41,957 bases of DNA from Bacteroidota bacterium (GTDB lineage: Bacteria; Bacteroidota; Bacteroidia; Flavobacteriales_D; Crocinitomicaceae), in NCBI GenBank assembly GCA_041183245.1, contig JBEGMB010000307.1, forward strand, positions 1-41,957, read 5' to 3'. Position numbers and translations under genes: made by a program. Every line of letters starts with the position of its first letter. Position 1 is the first letter of the stretch. The notes under the pieces were generated by a model. It saw only the letters and a list, made by a program, of their open reading frames with translations. It did no database searches and had not been told where the DNA came from. Of the stretch, positions 38,187 through 41,957 are shown in pieces.

Positions 38187-38922
38187 GTTGATCTTTGATA
38201 AAGAGTTCTATTGCGCCTACCATGGATGGTGCTTTAGGATGTGGCGCAGAAACATCAAGCCTTAAGTTATTGCGTAATACAGCACTTGCAGTGGTTGCTC
38301 CAAATGCAGCAATAGCAGTTGTATTCTGTTTGAAATCTGGGAAATTTTTGAATAGCGATTCTATACCGCCTGGGCTAAAAAACACCAACATATCATAATA
38401 AACATCCTCTAAATCCGATAAGTCTGCGGCAACGGTGCGATACAAAATCGCTTTTGTAAAGTTAAACTTCTGATCTGTAAGTGTTTCAGGAATCGAATCT
38501 CGCAAAATATCAGTACAAGGTAACAGGTATTTTTCGTTCTTGTGCTTCTTCATAACATCCGCCAATTGTTCAATCGTTTGAACGCCATGAAAAATCTTAC
38601 GTTTTCGATACGCAATAAATTTCTGTAGATATTTTGCAACGGCTTCTGAAATGCAAAAATATTTCATGGTTTCAGGAACCTCGAACCTCGTTTCTTCTGC
38701 AATTCTAAAGAAATGGTCTGCAGCAACTTTTGAGGTTAAGATAACTGCTGTATGTTCGGAGATGTTTACTTTTTGTGCCCTGAATTCTTTAGCATCTACC
38801 CCTTCTACTTTAATGAAAGGTCGAAAATCAATTTTGATTTTATACTTATCTGCCAAGTCATAATAAGGTGACTTGTCTCCATCGGGCTTGGGTTGAGAAA
38901 CCAGAATACTTTTTATTGCCAA
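38176..38922 (-). CDS. hemD: uroporphyrinogen-III synthase-like protein
   Basis: 248 aa with the N-terminus SILVSQPKP, typical of the Bacteroidetes HemD-like family. It has the conserved pairing with an upstream DUF4271 gene, and a TTG start. Confidence 0.65.
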   Translation of the reverse strand: MAIKSILVSQPKPDGDKSPYYDLADKYKIKIDFRPFIKVEGVDAKEFRAQKVNISEHTAVILTSKVAADHFFRIAEETRFEVPETMKYFCISEAVAKYLQKFIAYRKRKIFHGVQTIEQLADVMKKHKNEKYLLPCTDILRDSIPETLTDQKFNFTKAILYRTVAADLSDLEDVYYDMLVFFSPGGIESLFKNFPDFKQNTTAIAAFGATTASAVLRNNLRLDVSAPHPKAPSMVGAIELFIKDQLKK

Positions 38923-38931
38923 AACACTAAT

Positions 38932-39582
38932 TTAATGCGTCAATAACTCCAACCAAAATGCCCCAAAAAGCTTTTTAATCAAGACGATAGGAAGCAAATA
39001 CACGGTGCAAAGGTACAAAATTATATAATACCATGAAAATCCTGATGCGGCAGCTAATAAAAAGGCGTTAACAAATCGCAACACCAATGCTAATCCCAAC
39101 AAGGAAAAGAAAATAACCACCCCAAAATCGCTGTGTGCATTAAAAACAAGAAGTGCATTAGAAATGGCTAACGAAATCCCAAATAAAAACCAAGAAACAT
39201 TGCCCGCACTTATATACTGTTGGGTGATTTTCGACTTATCGTTCATGCTCCAAAAAATTAAATAATCTAGGTGCCAAAAAATCAAGAAAAAAAGGGACCC
39301 GATGAACCCAATAAACAATGAAGTATTTACATAGTATGCGTCAACCAAATACCAACTAATAAATACAAGAACACCGATAAAGGTGTTTAGATACAAAATC
39401 GTTTTGGACAACGCGTCAAGCTGAACCCTTGACCCTAAGGTGATTTTCCTGCCTGAATCCAAAATGGCATAAAATAATCCCCCATAGCTCCGATAGTAGG
39501 CTACCCCAAGCAAAAAAGCTTGAGTAAAAACTAAAAAAACAGCCCAATTTTCTATTAAAGGATTCCTTAAGGTTAATTCCAT
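38932..39582 (-). CDS. DUF4271 family membrane protein
   Basis: About six TM helices. Size and synteny with the hemD-like gene fit the family. I prefer the ATG at 39582 over the TTG at 39591. Confidence 0.6.
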   Translation of the reverse strand: MELTLRNPLIENWAVFLVFTQAFLLGVAYYRSYGGLFYAILDSGRKITLGSRVQLDALSKTILYLNTFIGVLVFISWYLVDAYYVNTSLFIGFIGSLFFLIFWHLDYLIFWSMNDKSKITQQYISAGNVSWFLFGISLAISNALLVFNAHSDFGVVIFFSLLGLALVLRFVNAFLLAAASGFSWYYIILYLCTVYLLPIVLIKKLFGAFWLELLTH

Positions 39583-39631
39583 TCTGAACAAAAGTAATTC
39601 TTTTAATCACGATTTCTAAATGTCTTAGTTG

Positions 39632-39639
39632 TATCTTTG
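39632..39639 (+). promoter_or_regulatory. -7 box TATCTTTG upstream of the acyl-CoA dehydrogenase gene
   Basis: Exact TAnnTTTG match, 19 nt upstream of the ATG at 39658. It overlaps the ORF-track TTG start at 39637, which is therefore unlikely. Confidence 0.4.
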
Positions 39640-39657
39640 TACCTCAAAACGAATGAA

Positions 39658-40845
39658 ATGAAAACAGATTTATACCAACATCCAGATTACTATGGCCTAG
39701 ATGATTTATATACTGAAGAGCACAAATTAATTCGCGATGCGGCGCGTCAATGGGTGAAAAAAGAAGTTTCACCGATTATTGATGAACATTACGAAAACGC
39801 TACCTTTCCAACCCATTTATTACAAGGGTTAGGGGAAATCGGCGCGTTTGGCCCGTATATACCAGAACAATATGGAGGTGCTGGATTAGATCAGATTTCC
39901 TACGGTTTAATCATGCAAGAATTGGAGCGTTGTGATTCAGGCTTGCGCTCTACGGCCTCTGTACAAAGTTCATTGGTAATGTACCCGATTTGGAAATATG
40001 GTTCAGAAGAGCAAAAAATGAAGTACCTACCCAAACTAGCCACGGGTGAAATGATGGGCTGTTTTGGACTAACAGAGCCGGATTTTGGTTCAAATCCAGG
40101 GGGAATGATTACCAACTTTAAAGAAGATGGCGACCACGTGATTCTTAATGGTGCAAAAATGTGGATATCCAATGCGCCATTTGCTGCCATTGCTGTGGTA
40201 TGGGCAAAAGATGAAAGCGGAAGAATTCATGGGTTAATCGTGGAGCGAGGGATGGAAGGGTTTTCCACGCCTGAAATGCATGGGAAATTGTCACTTCGCG
40301 CGTCTTCTACCGGAGAATTAGTGTTTGAAAACGTACGTGTACCTAAAAGTAATATACTACCTGGTCGGTCAGGATTAGGTGCGCCACTAAGTTGTTTAGA
40401 TTCCGCTCGATTTGGTATTGCTTGGGGAGCACTTGGCGCGGCAATGGATTGTTATGATCAAGCGGTTCGGTATTCCAAAGAACGAATTCAATTTGGTAAT
40501 CCAATCGGTGCATTTCAATTAATTCAGAAAAAATTAGCTGAAATGCTTACTGAAATAACCAAAGCACAATTATTAACCTACCGATTAGGTCAATTAAGAA
40601 ATGACGGTAAAGCTACCTCAGCACAGATTTCAATGGCAAAAAGAAACAATGTTGAAATCGCATTAAACATTGCCAGAGAAGCACGTCAAATTCACGGAGG
40701 AATGGGTATTACTAGTGAATATTCTATGATGCGTCATATGGCGAATTTAGAATCAGTTGTAACCTACGAAGGAACGCACGATATTCACTTGTTAATCACG
40801 GGAATGGATATTACTGGAATTCCCGCCTTTACCAGAGAAATCTAG
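39658..40845 (+). CDS. acyl-CoA dehydrogenase, glutaryl-CoA dehydrogenase-like
   Basis: Carries GCFGLTEPDFGSNPGGM, KMWISNAPFA and a C-terminal YEGTHDIH, in the pattern typical of the GCDH subgroup. Confidence 0.88.
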   Translation: MKTDLYQHPDYYGLDDLYTEEHKLIRDAARQWVKKEVSPIIDEHYENATFPTHLLQGLGEIGAFGPYIPEQYGGAGLDQISYGLIMQELERCDSGLRSTASVQSSLVMYPIWKYGSEEQKMKYLPKLATGEMMGCFGLTEPDFGSNPGGMITNFKEDGDHVILNGAKMWISNAPFAAIAVVWAKDESGRIHGLIVERGMEGFSTPEMHGKLSLRASSTGELVFENVRVPKSNILPGRSGLGAPLSCLDSARFGIAWGALGAAMDCYDQAVRYSKERIQFGNPIGAFQLIQKKLAEMLTEITKAQLLTYRLGQLRNDGKATSAQISMAKRNNVEIALNIAREARQIHGGMGITSEYSMMRHMANLESVVTYEGTHDIHLLITGMDITGIPAFTREI

Positions 40846-40847
40846 TA

Positions 40848-41957
40848 CTATTCAGGGATTTGATCTCCGCGTAATCTCCGAATTGATAATCGCGCCACTT
40901 CAGAATAAATACTACCGGGATATTGGTCTATTATTTTTAAATACGACTCCATTGCGGCTGAATCGTCCTTAAAGTGAATTCTTTGGATATTGGCTAAATG
41001 AAATAAGGCATCGTCAGCGAGTAATTCTGTTGGATACGTACTTATTATTTGTTTAAAGTAAACGGACGCTTGTTCCCATCGTCCTTGTAACTCGTTCGCT
41101 TTACCCTTTAAATAAATCAGGTCATCGTTCAATACAGACTGAGGGAATTTAGTCGCAATCGTATCCATCCATTGAAAAGCCTCCTTGTAGCGGTGTTGAA
41201 GCAATAATAACTCACTTTTAGTGAAGGTGCTCATGGCTTCATAATTGCTATCTAACCCATAGTTCTCCAAAATCAACAAAGACAACTGCATGGCATCATT
41301 ACTAATAAATTTAGACGTAGCCTGCTTTAATACATCAAGCTGAGATTGAGCAAACTCAAATTCCCCATCAAAATAGAATATTCGTGCATTCTTGAATTTA
41401 GCTTCATTCCCGATGGCCTCAAACTTAAACGCCTCATCAATTTGCATATATAACAAAGACGCCTCCCAAATACTGTCTAAAGCAACGCATACGTCCGCTA
41501 ATTTCATTTTGTAGCGTGCACGTTGCATATCCGTTAAGCCGGGGGCATTCATACAACGCTCTAAAAATCCTCTGGCTTTATCGGCTTTATTGGCATAAAA
41601 CCCCAAAATCTCAGCATATTCAAGTCCGATTTCAGCCCCCGCACGAAGCGAAAACTCCTTGTTTAACACGACCTCTTCGTACGAACTAACAATGTCGTTA
41701 AGTTCTGTTTCTGTAAAAGCCCGTTCCGTGGTTAATTCAGTAAAATACACGTTGAGTAACATCCGTTGGGCCTCTGCCGAACGATATAAGTTAGAACTAA
41801 TAACCTCTTTAAATGCTTGCTTTGCCAATGCATACTGGAGGTTTTCAAGGCACGTATTGCCAAAATCAATCAAATACCCTCCGTCACCGCGCATGCGTTT
41901 TTCTAAGGAGGATACCTGCTGAAACGCCGAATTAAAATTCTTATTCTGTAAAAAGAA
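40848..41957 (-). CDS. TPR-like repeat protein, partial (N-terminus outside the window)
   Basis: The helical repeat composition resembles TPR/tol-pal YbgF-like proteins. I checked the frame upstream of the ORF-track ATG at 41894 and it stays open to the window edge (...FFLQNKNFNSAFQQVSSLEKRMRGDGG), so the gene probably starts beyond 41957. Confidence 0.6.
   Translation of the reverse strand, partial: FFLQNKNFNSAFQQVSSLEKRMRGDGGYLIDFGNTCLENLQYALAKQAFKEVISSNLYRSAEAQRMLLNVYFTELTTERAFTETELNDIVSSYEEVVLNKEFSLRAGAEIGLEYAEILGFYANKADKARGFLERCMNAPGLTDMQRARYKMKLADVCVALDSIWEASLLYMQIDEAFKFEAIGNEAKFKNARIFYFDGEFEFAQSQLDVLKQATSKFISNDAMQLSLLILENYGLDSNYEAMSTFTKSELLLLQHRYKEAFQWMDTIATKFPQSVLNDDLIYLKGKANELQGRWEQASVYFKQIISTYPTELLADDALFHLANIQRIHFKDDSAAMESYLKIIDQYPGSIYSEVARLSIRRLRGDQIPE

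Overview
Product calls here rest on motif recognition only; no homology search was run. The window reads as a core-chromosome segment of an AT-rich member of Bacteroidota, probably Flavobacteriia- or Cytophagia-like. Three things support that: T9SS type A and type B C-terminal sorting domains, recurring TAnnTTTG -7 promoter boxes, and the conserved uppS-bamA-skp-skp-murI block. It is densely packed with intact housekeeping genes:
- dxs (partial)
- a cytochrome c oxidase accessory cluster (cyoE, two CoxIII-like genes, CoxIV-like, two SCO-like genes, DUF420)
- an OmpA/DUF4403/hypothetical envelope trio
- icd, fumC, a DEAD-box helicase and one tRNA-Arg(UCG)
- a large FG-GAP/SprB-repeat T9SS protein coupled to an orphan family-5 solute-binding protein
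- kynA-like, murI, two skp/ompH, bamA, uppS, atpDC
- an FtsX-like permease, rbfA and an MsbA-like ABC exporter
- a choice-of-anchor-L/CHU_C adhesin-like protein
- lepA, a small cytochrome b-like/cytochrome c pair and hflX
- a T9SS thioredoxin-fold protein, a Sir2 deacylase, hemD-like, DUF4271, a glutaryl-CoA-dehydrogenase-like acyl-CoA dehydrogenase and a partial TPR protein

I found no transposase, integrase, CRISPR array, reverse transcriptase, toxin-antitoxin pair or recognisable defence genes, and I cannot honestly claim a novel multi-gene system.

The one locus that ordinary annotation does not explain is the 650-bp intergenic region at 12963-13612. It holds a structurally complete tRNA-Arg(UCG) with a non-canonical elbow: U19/A56 in place of G19/C56. 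Two truncated copies of the tRNA's own 5' end lie between a promoter-like element and the tRNA. A 23-nt copy of its 3' end lies 172 bp downstream, and each 3' copy is flanked by a hairpin.

Secondary curiosities are a roughly 175-aa predicted periplasmic insertion in a CoxIII-like subunit, a T9SS-exported thioredoxin-fold protein, an unannotated 51-aa membrane ORF, and several tight translational couplings.
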